Below, one piece after another: positions 11,801 through 24,600 of a DNA stretch of 43,923 nucleotides. Where the stretch lies: assembly GCF_000181795.1 (NCBI RefSeq), contig NW_003526941.1:954618-998540 (forward strand). The letters run 5' to 3'. The position numbers and the translations under genes were made by a program. The number at the start of each line of letters is the position of its first letter. Positions within the stretch are counted from its first letter, which is position 1. Source of the DNA: Trichinella spiralis (taxonomy: Eukaryota). A model generated the notes under the pieces. The model ran no database searches, was not told the origin of the DNA, and was given only the letters and a program-made list of their open reading frames with translations.

Positions 11801-13789
11801 TTTAAATTTTCATCTTATTCAAATATGCTCTGTTTCTACTACCAACTGCTGCTGCTGCCTGTTTGTTTGTTTGTTTGTTTGTTGTGCTAGCCGTAGCAAT
11901 TTCAAATTTATTTAAATTAATTTGAATAATTTGTCGATTAAAGGAGAAACCAAAAAGGGTGAGCAAAGAGGGGGGCTAAAAAGATGACAAATGGGTCGGT
12001 CGGTCGGTCGGCACTTGTCGTGTGCAACGTGCTTTGTTTGTGTGTGCACTTACAGGCTAATCAACTGAACGATGACAATCTGTTTCTCTTCTCCACGTAT
12101 GCATGCATTTCTGTGTGTGTTTGTGTCAATTTCACAAAAACACCTTATACAATATTTCCATTTTGCATTATTATTATTATTATTTATTTAAAAAACATTT
12201 CATTTTTCCCACCCCACCCCCACCTCGAGCTAGGCTAGTGGTGGGAATAATTTCGACCGAACAAAAACTCGAAAGTCTAGTCACAAAATGAAAATACAAG
12301 CACCAACGAATGGCAGAAATCAAGTTCCAAATCGTAGCCGCCACCGCAACCACCACCGTGAACGAGTAAAATTGAGCAGAAAAAAACAAAAAAGCCAGAA
12401 AAAATGCCAGCTTTATATTCATATATCTTTCACAACAGTGATGTTTTGTTATATTTAATACAACGTGAAAACAAACAAACAAACAAACAAACAAGCGATT
12501 CCATTTTAGGTCGCCAGGCCGGCCTCGCCAGACCAAACCTTCAGCAAAGTGTGCGTTTTTTTTCGGGAAATTCCAATGCAAATCTTTTTCCACCCAATCG
12601 AGCAAGCAATGAATAAAATTTGCACACAAAAAAGTCTGTCTGTCTGTTTCGAAACGGATCCAATCCAGTTTGGGTTATATTAAAATTCACGGCCGTCATC
12701 ATCATCAATCTCTTTTTTACAATCAAAAGCAGACAAACGGGAAAGTATATGTATATATTTGTAATAATTTTTTAAAATTTTATTTCCGCATACTTTTTCA
12801 TCATAATCATAACGGATGTACATTTCTTTTTGTTTATTTAGTTTCTCCCTTCCCGTAGTACGACAGACAACAAGGCCAATTTCCGGATGTGTCAACAACA
12901 ACAACAACAACAACAAACAGACAATCATCATCATCATCCGCGGAGATGTTGTACTTTTTTTTGTTAAAAAAATTAACATTTCAGGTCGTCAGCATCGTTT
13001 CCATGATTTCACAATTCGACAACAACAACAACAAGGCAACGTTTCTTTTGGTCTGTCAAAAAAATCACCAACACCAACACAACTAACAAAAAGCATCGTC
13101 ACTTTTGGCCAATGTCACCCACGGTCAGCTTCATTTCTATGCAAAACAACTGTCTGCCTGCATCTGTCTGTCTATCCACAAGCGACAACCATTTCCGACT
13201 TGTATTTTATTATTATTAATTTAATTTCCTTTTTCCAATTGAAATATAATAAAAAAACAAATAATTTTTCCAAACATCAACCACAAAGTTTAATTCCATT
13301 TCGATATAAATATCGATTATTTGATTTATTTCTATTCGACAAGATCATCAATATGATGAGTGTGCAGTGTAAAGTATAGCTCGAGTTTCCTTATCGCGCC
13401 GACCTTGGCCGCCGCCGACGTCATTCGCGGACATTTTCGAACAGTTTCTTTTTTGTTTCTCTGCTCAGCCAGTTTGTCAATGTGAACTGTGTATTTTTTG
13501 TCGTTGTTTCAGAAGCGCCCCCTGGTGGCAGAAGCTTCTTCCGCATTCACAGAAGGGAGAGAGAGCGAGAAAAAAAGAGGAAGATAAAAGAAACGAAAAA
13601 AAATACGTCGAATCTGAATTTCCAAGTTGAATTTTTTTTTCATAAAATCATCGTTCACGGTCGACTGCAAATTTGCAGAAAGAATTTTGAAGAAGAAAAA
13701 AATATATATATAATATATATATTTATAACGAAGCATAAAATAGCTGTTGCTGCTGGATAGTTCGATTGAATCCAGTCGACCAGGCAGCC

Positions 13790-13920
13790 AGTCAGCCAAT
13801 CAGCGTGCCCTGATAATAGCCGCTCCTTCGCCGTCGTTCGGGACCCGCCTCGCGCGGCCCATTGGAGATCTGGAACGCATTTGAGCCAACGTTTCCGTCG
13901 GCCAACCGTCGACCAATCAC
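13790..13920 (+). promoter_or_regulatory. GC-rich proximal promoter with three CCAAT boxes upstream of the RRM gene
   Basis: AGCCAATCAG (CCAAT 13796-13800), ATTGG (13861-13865) and GACCAATCAC (13913-13917) in a CpG-rich stretch 210-340 nt upstream of ATG 14131. Confidence 0.45.
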
Positions 13921-14130
13921 GCACGACCGACTTGCCCGCCGACACGTCCAAGCTAACGTACACGCACACCGCACACACGAACGCTCGCACGCGCTCGCGA
14001 GCACCACCACTACCACAGACAGACAGACATACAGACAGACCGTGAACTAAATTCTCTTCTTGTGGACCGTCTACTAGTACACCTACCACAACCAAGTTGA
14101 GCTGATACTATACAGGCTGTACTGGACGCG

Positions 14131-17100
14131 ATGGTACGCCAACAAAGCAACGATGAATCCAAAATAATCAAATCAACGCCGCACCCCACTGTCACAACTG
14201 CGAACACCGCCGACACGCAAGTGAACACCACCAACACGATCGAAACGCAAAATACCGACAACAACACCACCGACGACGATGTTATCAGCACCGGTACTGG
14301 ATATCCATTGGTACAGCAAAATGGACAAAGGTAGTGTTTGTTTTTTTCCTGAACGTTCTTCTCTACGATCCCAAATTCACATCGATCCGTCGAACGAATT
14401 TTTTTTCCTAGGCGCTACGGACCGCCGTACGATTGGACCGGACCCCCGCCTCCGAAAGGTTGCGAAGTATTCGTCGGCAAACTTCCACGGGATGTCACGG
14501 AACAAGAACTTGTACCGGTGTTCGAACGGGTCGGGCGAATTTACGAGATGCGCATGATGATGGACTTCAACGGAAGCAACCGCGGCTACGCGTTCGTCAC
14601 CTTCTGCGACAAAGAGCAGGCGAAGCGCGCTTGTCAACAGTTGAACGGCTTCGAAATCCGACGCGGACGCTTCATTGGCGTTCTCAAAAGTGTCGACAAT
14701 TGTCGGTTGGTTTATTAAAAAAAGAGAAAAAAAACAAGCCCTCCTCATTTATCCCCCTTTTTCTTCTTCTTTCATTGCAGCCTCTACGTCAGCGGCATAC
14801 CGAGAGACAAATCCCGAGAAGATGTGCGTTCAGAAATTGCCCGCCTCACTGACGGCGTGGTCGATGTGATTTTGTACCCGAGTGCGATGGACAAGTCGAA
14901 AAATCGAGGCTTCGCTTTCATCGAATACGAATCGCATCGTTCTGCCGCCATGGCTCGACGCAAGCTGGCTCCCAATCGTCTGACACTCTGGGGCAATGAG
15001 ATCACCGTCGACTGGGCTGAGCCGGAAAGAGACGTCGACGAAGAAACAATGGCTCAGGTGAGACAACTAACATGCACCAAGTACAGTCAACTGAACCAAG
15101 TCTGTGTGCACGGTCGAAATCCTCAGTTGTTGTCGTTGAATTCACTGGTCCCGCCCCACCCCCTCTCCCGCTCACCCACCCCCAGTTTCTGTCTCTCTCT
15201 CTCTCTGCTCAATTTCATCACGTTCATTGTTTGTTTATTCGCATGCCCACTGCGTCACAGAAAATGCATCTCTGCAACTGTCAACGCAATTTCCATCGGA
15301 AATGGCAAATCTCACGTGACCATTCATTGCACGTGACGGTGACTAGTGTCTCTGTCTCACTTTGAATAGTTTCCATCCAGTATGGGCAAACAATCTGCAA
15401 AAAACAAACGAACAGATATCTCGTTGTTCGTAACATCAGAATCCAAAAAAATTTTGATTCTAACTGTTGCTTGTTGTACACAGTAGTTGCATGCAGATTG
15501 TCTTTTCTTCTGAGCGTAAAAGCCTTTTCCTTTTCAATGCACTGAATGATTGGTATTTGAGGTTAAAAAACTGTACGTGCGAAATTTGATGATGCACACA
15601 ACGGAAGAGCATCTTCGTGAAGTAGTCGAAGCAATATCCGGCACCGGCACAGTGGAGCGGGTGAAAAAGATCCGAGACTATGCATTTGTGCACTTTTCCA
15701 GGCGTGAAGACGCAATACGCGTCCAAGAAGCTCTGAACGGTAAACAACAGCTCTTCTTTTCCACTTGTATTCCATTTCCATTAATTCATTCAATTCAGGA
15801 CAAGACCTAGACGGCAGTGTGGTTGAGGTGAAGCTGGCCAAACCGCCAGATCGGTCGATCATGCGTTTTGTGAAAAATGCGCAAAAAATAAGCAACAGCG
15901 CACGTTTAGGCGACGGACTTCACTCCCACCATCATCGGTCTCTTGTCGCTGCAGCAGCGCAGCTGTATTCAGTGGCAATGGGCACCGGCCGGCCCGAACA
16001 CAAGCTTCAACCGTGCAGTGGAAAAATGTTGGCATTGGATCAACCGTCGGCTGCCACATCCGCTTACGTCGGCTTTCCTTGCATCGATCCGTTTGCATTG
16101 GCTCCAGTTGTAGCTGCTGCAGCCACCGCACCACCATGCTCGCTTCAGTAATCAAACAGACAAACAGCCCCATCTACTGATTCTGATAATCAATTGTTTT
16201 TAAGCCCCAAACAGCAAAGCAACAACGGCGCCAGATTCCGCGGCAGAGGCGCGGCCGGTATGCGTGCTGCCAGTTTTCAAGCGATGGTCAACAACACGTT
16301 CCGACGAGGATGCCTTCAGCTAGCCGACGTAAGCAACTTATTTTTTTTTCTCGACTAACCAACTAATTGCAGGATCTCTCGTTGTCCAGCCAACAGAAGC
16401 CGACAATGCTTGATACTGTACCACCACCTCTGGCTGTCGTCGGACCGCCCCCTGCTACTTTGTATACACCAGCTCCTGCCGACGTTTCTGCACTGATGCC
16501 GGCCGCAACCCTGCCCAGTGTTGTACCGTCTGTTTGCTCACCAAATCTGCTCGTCCTACGCGGTGGCTTCAGCCAGGTAACTGATTTCAATCATTATTCA
16601 CTAACAACAACAACAACAACTCTTTTGCACAAAAAACAACAACAACAACAAGCTCAGCAACAAAAATGAAACCCTCTTTGCATTTTAAAATGATTTCTCT
16701 CTTTCTATCCCTATTTGTTTGTATATATATATTTCTCTCTCTCTCTCTCTTTCTGTATGTATGATGTACACGTATGTGAAGAAATACAAATATATGTTTG
16801 TGTTTCTGTGTGCACAGAATGTGCATCAATCACTACAATTAATCAAAAGCAAAGAAAGATGCCGACGGCCAAGCATCACCAATGCAAACATACGCGCGTG
16901 TCCAAATTGTCTCCACTCGGCCTTGGACCGACCGGGGTGGGTAAACAGCCTTTTATTCCAGCGGACAGAAATTTTCGTTATCGACCCTAACATGGCCCAG
17001 CCAGAGCAAATGCACGCGCGCGCTTATCATTTGTAGAATATTTTCAACGTCCTCGGTACTATGTCACAATTCATCAACCTTCGTCCGCATCACCACCGCT

Positions 17101-19867
17101 CTCTCTCTCTCTCTCAATCTCAATCTCTTTCCCAACATTTGTACATTTTTCCACTATTAGCCTTGTTACTACTTCTTACTCTCCTCTTCTCTGCATACTT
17201 TTTATATCTCTTTACAAACTACTAACTGGCCTTATTCTGAAAAAACTACAAAATTTATTTACCATATTATATATATATATATATATTTATGTACAAGCAA
17301 GCATGTCAGGTAGAAGAGAAATTGCGCGCGATAAATCGAAGGCCATTCACTTTATGTTACAGAAAATTTCACATTTGCACCGTCGTTGGCTACTTTCCTG
17401 CTACTGCCTGTGCAAGTCGTTCAATCAATCAGCTGACTGATGAATTACAATTTTAAGTATATTCCCACAATTCAAGTATTGATTGGATTGTCTCTTTTTG
17501 AAAAGTAATCAAGCAGTGCACATAAATAGGTACTGACGCACAACAAAGAAAAACACACCACACGGCAGCAGTGTTCAAAACACAGATCTACCCACAATCA
17601 CACAGATATTCCAAGTCGCAACCAGTAAATCAATCAATCAATCAGCCTATAAAAATGTCTCTTCATCTATTTCATTTTTTGTTCAGGGTTTTTTTAACAA
17701 ACAGTTTCATTTTTCCTTCCGTTCCACCCATTTTATTAATCACAATCATCAGTACGAAGGCAAAAATTATCACAGTCGAATCAAATCATTTCTCAGCCTA
17801 GTAGTAGTAGTAGTTCAACGGAATTTCAGCCAACAAGCCACACCCTTCAGTGGTTGGCACAATAAATTAATTAACTGACGACCTCTCAAAGCGGTGGTGG
17901 GCGTCAACGGTGATAGCTGATCGGCGTTTCCAATCCGACCCCGATTTATTCCAGTTTTCCTTATTTAATCATTTCCAACGCCAGATAAGATTGTCCTGGT
18001 TAATAATGATCGCTGTCGGTGAAACCTCAAAATTTTCATCCCATAAAATATCATTGAAACAAAATTCCAAAATCAACCGAACGAGATTTTGAAAAATATA
18101 TGTGTTTTCCAAAACATATATTGGTCGAAAAATTTATTTCCATCATTTTTAACTTATACAACTAACTACCAATTCAACAACAAGATATTTCATTTCCATC
18201 TTCTGCTCAGTTGGCCAAATACATGAGTTTTTTTTCCATTGAAATTTAAATTGACTTGACTTGACTTGAGCATTAATAAGTAACGTGAATGTCGTCAGAA
18301 TTGCATCATTATTAGCCGAGTAGCGTGGAACACATTCAGTGCAAACAATTCATCTCAGAAACATGTTTTGGAGGAAAATAGAAGAAATATTTTGAGTTGA
18401 GAGAAGTTGTGTTCCAGTTCATTCTTGTTATGAAAGTTCCATTTTTGACCTACTCGAAGAAAATTTCTACCATACGCTTATTCTAAATCATAAAAGACAA
18501 TTCGCAACGCGCCCACGTCTGTAGATTTTATCTGACAATACGCAATCGACCTTTCACTGACTAACTCATCACTGATAACATCTCATCGCTCTGGCCAAAC
18601 GAACAAACATCTGCACAACTTGCTCATCACAACTTACTGTACAACTTATGATCAGATAAATAAATCAACGAATACCCTTCACGTGATATAAGATAAAATT
18701 CCACAATTCAAAACTATACAACTACAGACCGTAGGAAAAGAAAAGCTCACCAACTATTTCGCTTATTGAAATAAATGAATCGGTGATCAATAATAAAAGG
18801 ATAATCGATTTATAAATAAATAAATATATATATAAATCATGTTGAAGCTGTATGAAATAAGACAAACAAAACACCACAAATTTCCCAAACCTCAAACTTA
18901 ATGCATAAATAAGAATAACCTAACTTAATGCAGAAAGTGATTTTGGAAGAAAACAAACATACACACATATATACAACCGAAACAAAAGAATGAAAAATCA
19001 CTTACCATTTCAGATGCTCGAAGAATACTGCAGGCAGAATAATTGGGGAATGCCTCGGTACCATTTGGTGTCGTCAGGCAGTAGTGATGGTAACGACGAA
19101 AACACGCTCTACGCGTACAGGGTCGAAGTGCCGTCTCTGCTTCCCACGTACGGTAGCTTTTTACCACGAGAGATGGTATCGGAACGTCAAGAAGCGCAAG
19201 AATTGGCTGCCCGGTTCGTGCTGAGCCAGTTGGGCATTTCACTGGCCACCACTGGATCCAACGGTATAATATCCATTCGACCATTCCATTCCATCCCATT
19301 TCACTGAACGACACATTTTCAGGAGAATTAGGCGCCGGCGATGAAACGACCACGGTTGGAGCGCTGGCCGTGGTGCCGGTGTCGTGCATTCGAAGTCCGA
19401 GCGGCGATTCTGGCATCAGTGCCGTGTCGAACAATTCTACAACAAACAATTCTGCAAAAGCGACGTTGGTTCATCCCCCCGCGACCACGTACGAATTGCA
19501 AACCAGCACCGTCGCCAGTACGACTCCAATATACCACCAACAACAACAGCAGGCAACCGCTATTCGCTACGAGAATATGGTCATACCTGCCGAATACAAC
19601 GCAGCTTTGCAGCCGATGCTTGTGCAAAGCATGCCGTTCGCCATACCGGCGGCGGCGGCCGCTGGTCCAAGCTGGATGCCGTCTTACATGAACGTCTGCA
19701 ATGGCGCGTTCATTGATCCACAAACAGCCACCATGGCGCCGGCCTTTCCTACCTGTCCGACATTCTATTGGAATTACGATGTGGCGCCGGCGGTAGTGGC
19801 TCCAACTGCTCCAGCTAGCATACCCCATACCGTAGCTCCAATACCGAGATGCATGTCAGCCAGCTAG
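14131..19867 (+). CDS. A1CF/RBM47/RBM46-class RNA-binding protein (APOBEC1 complementation factor-like; 3 RRM + RG box + dsRBD-like), ~806 aa, 9 exons
   Basis: Hand-spliced exons 14131-14330, 14412-14705, 14781-15057, 15562-15739, 15799-16147, 16205-16328, 16373-16576, 19014-19263, 19323-19867 total 2421 nt, all GT-AG with a continuous frame. Diagnostic motifs: [134 protein letters not shown]. In-frame stop upstream at 14098-14100. Confidence 0.92.
19014..19263 (+). CDS. Exon 8 of the A1CF-like gene: dsRBD-like (DND1/A1CF DSRM) domain
   Basis: Acceptor catttcag|ATG after a 2437-nt intron. [18 protein letters not shown]...YAYRVEVP...[16 protein letters not shown] matches the C-terminal dsRBD-like fold of A1CF. 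Confidence 0.88.
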
Positions 19868-20805
19868 ACGATGGTACAATCCGCACAGCGCTTCTTCTTG
19901 TATTACTGAAAAAAACGAAAAAAAACAAAAACCTTATTATTTTATTCATTAAGTCGTCCACACTGTCCATGATATCCACACATACAGACAACATACAACA
20001 ACGCACAATGTGGTCAACAGTTATGTACGTCTGCAGCAGCAATATACATACATATATATCGACAATGCCTACTTTGTTCACAACTTTTTTCTTCTTTATG
20101 CACACCGCAATCCAAGTTCGCCTTAACCATACCATGTATCTTACCACCGTGAACGATGCATTCATTCATCATCACTTGTCTGTCGTTTCTTCTCTTCTTA
20201 TTTCTATCTTTTTCTCTGTTTGTTTCTCCCTCTCGCGTTCTCTCTCTCTCTCTCTCTCTCTTTCTCTGTATGCTCTATAACACTTCACTCTCGCTCTCTT
20301 TTTCAGAGTGTGTCTTATTTTTTGAGTCTCTTAATCCTTCTGCTCTGTTTGTTCCTTAGCACATTTTATTCTTTGCTCATCCGTTGCCTTCGTAAGCTAA
20401 AAAGCATTTTGAAAAGAAACACAGTCATTTATAAAATCATTCAATTTTTTTCATCAAATAAAAACACAAGTACAAAAAGGAAAAGATATAAAATAGAGAA
20501 AAAATCTCTTCGTAAATTCGTCAACATCTGAATATGGTAAGTAAAAAATTATTCATCTTCGATGTAAGAAAAGAAAAAACAATTTTTACCTGTTTTTAAT
20601 AACAAAGCATCATTCATCTAAGATTATAAAAATGAAAGAAACGAGAAATTCCGAAGCAACGAAACTGCACCACGAAAAGCAACTGCAACGAGCATGCGAG
20701 TAGGAAGATGATGATGCAACAATTCATCATGTGGCAATAAGTAAAATTATTATTATTAACAATGCAATTGCCCAGTTGCAATGAATTCACGTCTCATTGC
20801 AACTT

Positions 20806-21203
20806 TTAACTAGCATGGTTCGACGATTGAGAATCGTCGGTTGCCTTCAGACGAGCATGGCAACTCTGACACACCCGAACTGGCCTTCGAATTCGTAAAT
20901 GCCGTATTTCAGACTCAAATCTACTACACCTGAAAAAAAAGAAGTTATTACCATACGGAAATAATAAAATCTGTATCTGCATCATTCCATCTATTATTTA
21001 TATACCTCGAACAAAACAGCTGCCCACAATTGCGACAATGATGACGTCGATCTGTCAACGTAAATTTCTGATGACAATTGGAACACAAATTTCTCGACGG
21101 ATCTTGAACCCAATGATCAGCTCGGCCACCATTATGACCATCACCGACAGTCCACATCCAAACCCGGCCACGTCCATCACCGACATACAACGCTTTGTGA
21201 TCT
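20806..21203 (-). CDS. WDFY3: WDFY3 last two exons: C-terminal FYVE zinc finger
   Basis: DHWVQD...CSNCHQKFTLTDRRHHCRNCGQLFCSR|CSRFESEIRHLRIRRPVRVCQSCH contains the WxxD, RRHHCR and RVC FYVE motifs. Intron 20930-21005. Confidence 0.95.
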
Positions 21204-21559
21204 CTTAAAAATGAACAAATTTATCAGTAAATAAAACAGATAACCAAAAACAAATGTATATCGAATTACTTGGATGGCATCAACGCAGTCACAGCAGCTG
21301 GTGCGGGATTATCCTTGCGTTCAAATGCAGTATGCATTGTCAATTTTCCCCGGAAAACTAGCTGCCGTTCCCAATGAAATTTTCGCTGCGGTTCACCATC
21401 ACCACAACAATTTCCACCTTCCGAAGATTTTTGCATTGTCGATTCAGAGCTGCGTCGACGAATATCCACCATTTCAGAATTTCGACTTTTTACCACTTCA
21501 GCACAACTAGACGTCGGCAAAACTTTCGACACGCCCTCATCAACAAAAGCTGCATCTGC

Positions 21560-21605
<46 letters not shown>

Positions 21606-24600
21606 CAAATTGAATACAGAGAAAAAAAAATGTCAAATTCAAATTACCGCTGTCTTGTTCATCGTCTTCGCTAGAGTGACTGTTGCTGTTGCCAAGTGTG
21701 AAACTGACTTTGTCGTTTGTCGAACGATCGCAGTGGTCATTGTTCGAAAAAGTTTCCACAGCGACGTGATCCATATCACAATGGGAATCACGTTCAGGTT
21801 CCGCTGCAAACAAAGCGCAACAGCTACGAGACGACGATTTGCTGCTTATCCGGCCAACATGGCTGCAGTCGTCGAAAACTTTGACAAACTTTACCGTCCA
21901 CAGTTTCACTATTCCGGTGTTGGTTCCAACGGCGACCACATGCTGCGAATCCCATTCGTTGAGCAGGGAAAAAGTAATCGTAATGATAATTTCGTTCATG
22001 TCCGATTTTTTACAACTGTCGGCCGTGTTCACCCAAGCCAATTTCTGTCCATCAAATGACCACAGATGCAAATGTGTACCCGAACAAGAAGCAATGACAC
22101 CCGTAGCTTCGTTCACACTGACCGCTGACACAGGTCCGGCATGGGGTCCGAGTTGCCTGATGAAACTCAATTTCGACAAATCCCAGACAATGCAGGTCCG
22201 ATCACGGCTGCCGCTTACGATCACTCCAAAATTAGTTGACGCGTAAATGCACGACACTGGCTCCGTGTGACCGTAGAGTCGCTTACGCAGTTCCAAATGG
22301 GCCGGCTGATTTCGACTAGCCGCCCCGACAATTTCCCACACACAAACAACCGAACACGTGCTGCCGGTCACTGCAGTGTGAGCGTTGGGACAGCTGGCAC
22401 AGATCACGTCGCCCCAATGAGGAGATTCGTGAATGCAGACCGATTTGTCGAAATCGCTCGAACCCAAACGTATGCTGTTGTCCGGAAAACCCCAGGCAAG
22501 GTATCTGTGGAATTGAGGCGGCACGAGCACTTTGTTCTGCTCGACGGCTAGCAGGGCGCCTTTGTCATTCTGCGCCATGTGACCGACCGCCTGTTTGAGC
22601 TCTCGCAATGGCTGCAACGGTGGTTTCAAATTCTCAGCCACGTGGTAGAACAGTGGTCCGGCGGCAGTTGGTCCCTCGACGCCTTGCTGGGCCACTGCGC
22701 AGGCGGCGTTCGAAGAGATCGAATGTTGAAGAGGTAGGGTCGACTTCAAGGACCGCTTGACTGGATGGGGCTTTTTGAACAACTGCGATGGTATTTGGCC
22801 GAAATTGTTGATGAAGCCGATGGTGGCGTTCTTGGTCAACGGATCTTCGATGGCTTCGAAGTTGACATTCGCTTCGTAGAACAGATGATGGAACAAGTTG
22901 AACGCGTCGACCGCCGCCTGGCCTTGTTGCCGATAGCCGAATATCAAGTCGATCCATTGGTTCAAATGCGCAGACACGTAGTCTGATTCCAACGCCTGGC
23001 GGTGCAGGCGGACAAACTCGCGGGCGTCGCCCTTGGCCCACGGAGGTAAGATCACATCGCCCAAGCGCAAACCGCTCTGCTTGACGCCCAGTTCAAAGTG
23101 GTTGCTGTTCAACAAAAAGTTGGGCAAGTAGAAAAACTCGGGCACCAATTCTTTCACGTCGGCCATGTTGTTCCGCGAAGCAGACAGCCACGCATCTTTG
23201 ACACTGTGGAACATCCGATCAGCCAAGTCGAAATGACCACCTTGGAGTTTGAGAAATTGCTGCGTAAACGGCTCCACCCGTACCAAATACGAAACGACAA
23301 TCATTGCCGACGAATAGTGGGTGCCATACATGTATGGGGGCGTTTCTCCTACGAACATGCAGAAATTGAATTTCACCTCATCTATTGTGTATGCAATAAA
23401 ATCTCACCAGATGGATCATCCCATTCACGAAAACGTTTCAAAAATTGCTCCAAACGTGCCGGTGTTTGGGCACCCATTGGCTTGCTGAGATCGCGGAATG
23501 TATTCGGATTGGCCAAATCCAGCTCCTCGCTGTCGTAGTCGCTCAAGATCCACGGAAATACTGGATACTGAGAAAGATCGTTGTAAGAACGACCGGCAAG
23601 AGTGTTCAGATGCATCAAATATTGGAAATTCGATATTTCGCCACGCACCCAACGCTGTGTGACGCTCATTTCGCCCATCAACACTGCCAACAAACCGGCG
23701 CCTTGTTCCACGTCTACGCCGCTTTTCTGACCTGAGACGCTCTGATGTCCGGCATCAGTCAAGCTTTTGGCGCAGGCCAACAATTTCGCGTAAATTTTGT
23801 CACGAATTTTCCTCGGAAATGCCAACAAGTGATTCCGACCATCCGACGAAAACACCTCGATCGCTATGGGCTGCAACAAATACCGACGCTTGTGACACTC
23901 CCGAATGTCTTCATAAGCGAATTTGCTGCAAAGTCGTTTCTGGCTCCGGTTACGAGTTGCTCCGCTAGCAATATACGGCACAATTGGATCGTGGAGTCTG
24001 AAAGAGACAAAACAAATAGTAAAATTACAGCTGTCCATCTCTCTCTCTCTCCCCCCCCCCTGTGCAAGCCTATTGCTTACTCTTCAGGCAAAAAGTCTAA
24101 ATCACGAATTTCCCGAGTCTTCAACAATGTGAATCCGTCAATAACGTAATAGTGATATTTGCCAAAAAGGAGCAAGCCTTCGCTAGAATCAAGGCCGCAT
24201 ATTCTTGCGCATCGATACATCGAATTCAATTCTTCCCCTTCTTCGAGTAGTCGGAGCAAAGTTTGACTGTCCGGCTCTTTAGGCAAAAAAAGCCGTTCTG
24301 GCTGTTCACTTGCAACCGATGCAGATGAGCAAAGTGTACTACTGCTGAAGCTACTACCATCACGCGGGCGTGCTTGAGGGCTGTCACTGAAAACACTCGA
24401 CGAAGCTGTATCGTCGACGGCAACGTCGTCGTTGATGGAAATCGGTTCATCGGAAGAAGAAGCAGTACCATTGGCTTCGTCCCTATCTCCATCGGCAGAA
24501 CTGACAGATGTAGCTGATCTTTTGATTGTATTTTTGATCATCTGTGCATTAACATCTGCAAAATGTCAAAACAGTAATCAATAAATTGAGCATACATACG

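Noticed and set aside
15058..15365. ORF extensions after RRM2 (to 15336 and 15365)
   Set aside because: Intron read-through past the CAG|GTGAGA donor; homology resumes at 15562.
21490..21647. Poly-Leu 'transmembrane' tail of the 628-aa ORF
   Set aside because: Translation of an intronic (TTA)n microsatellite; the true exon ends at 21648.
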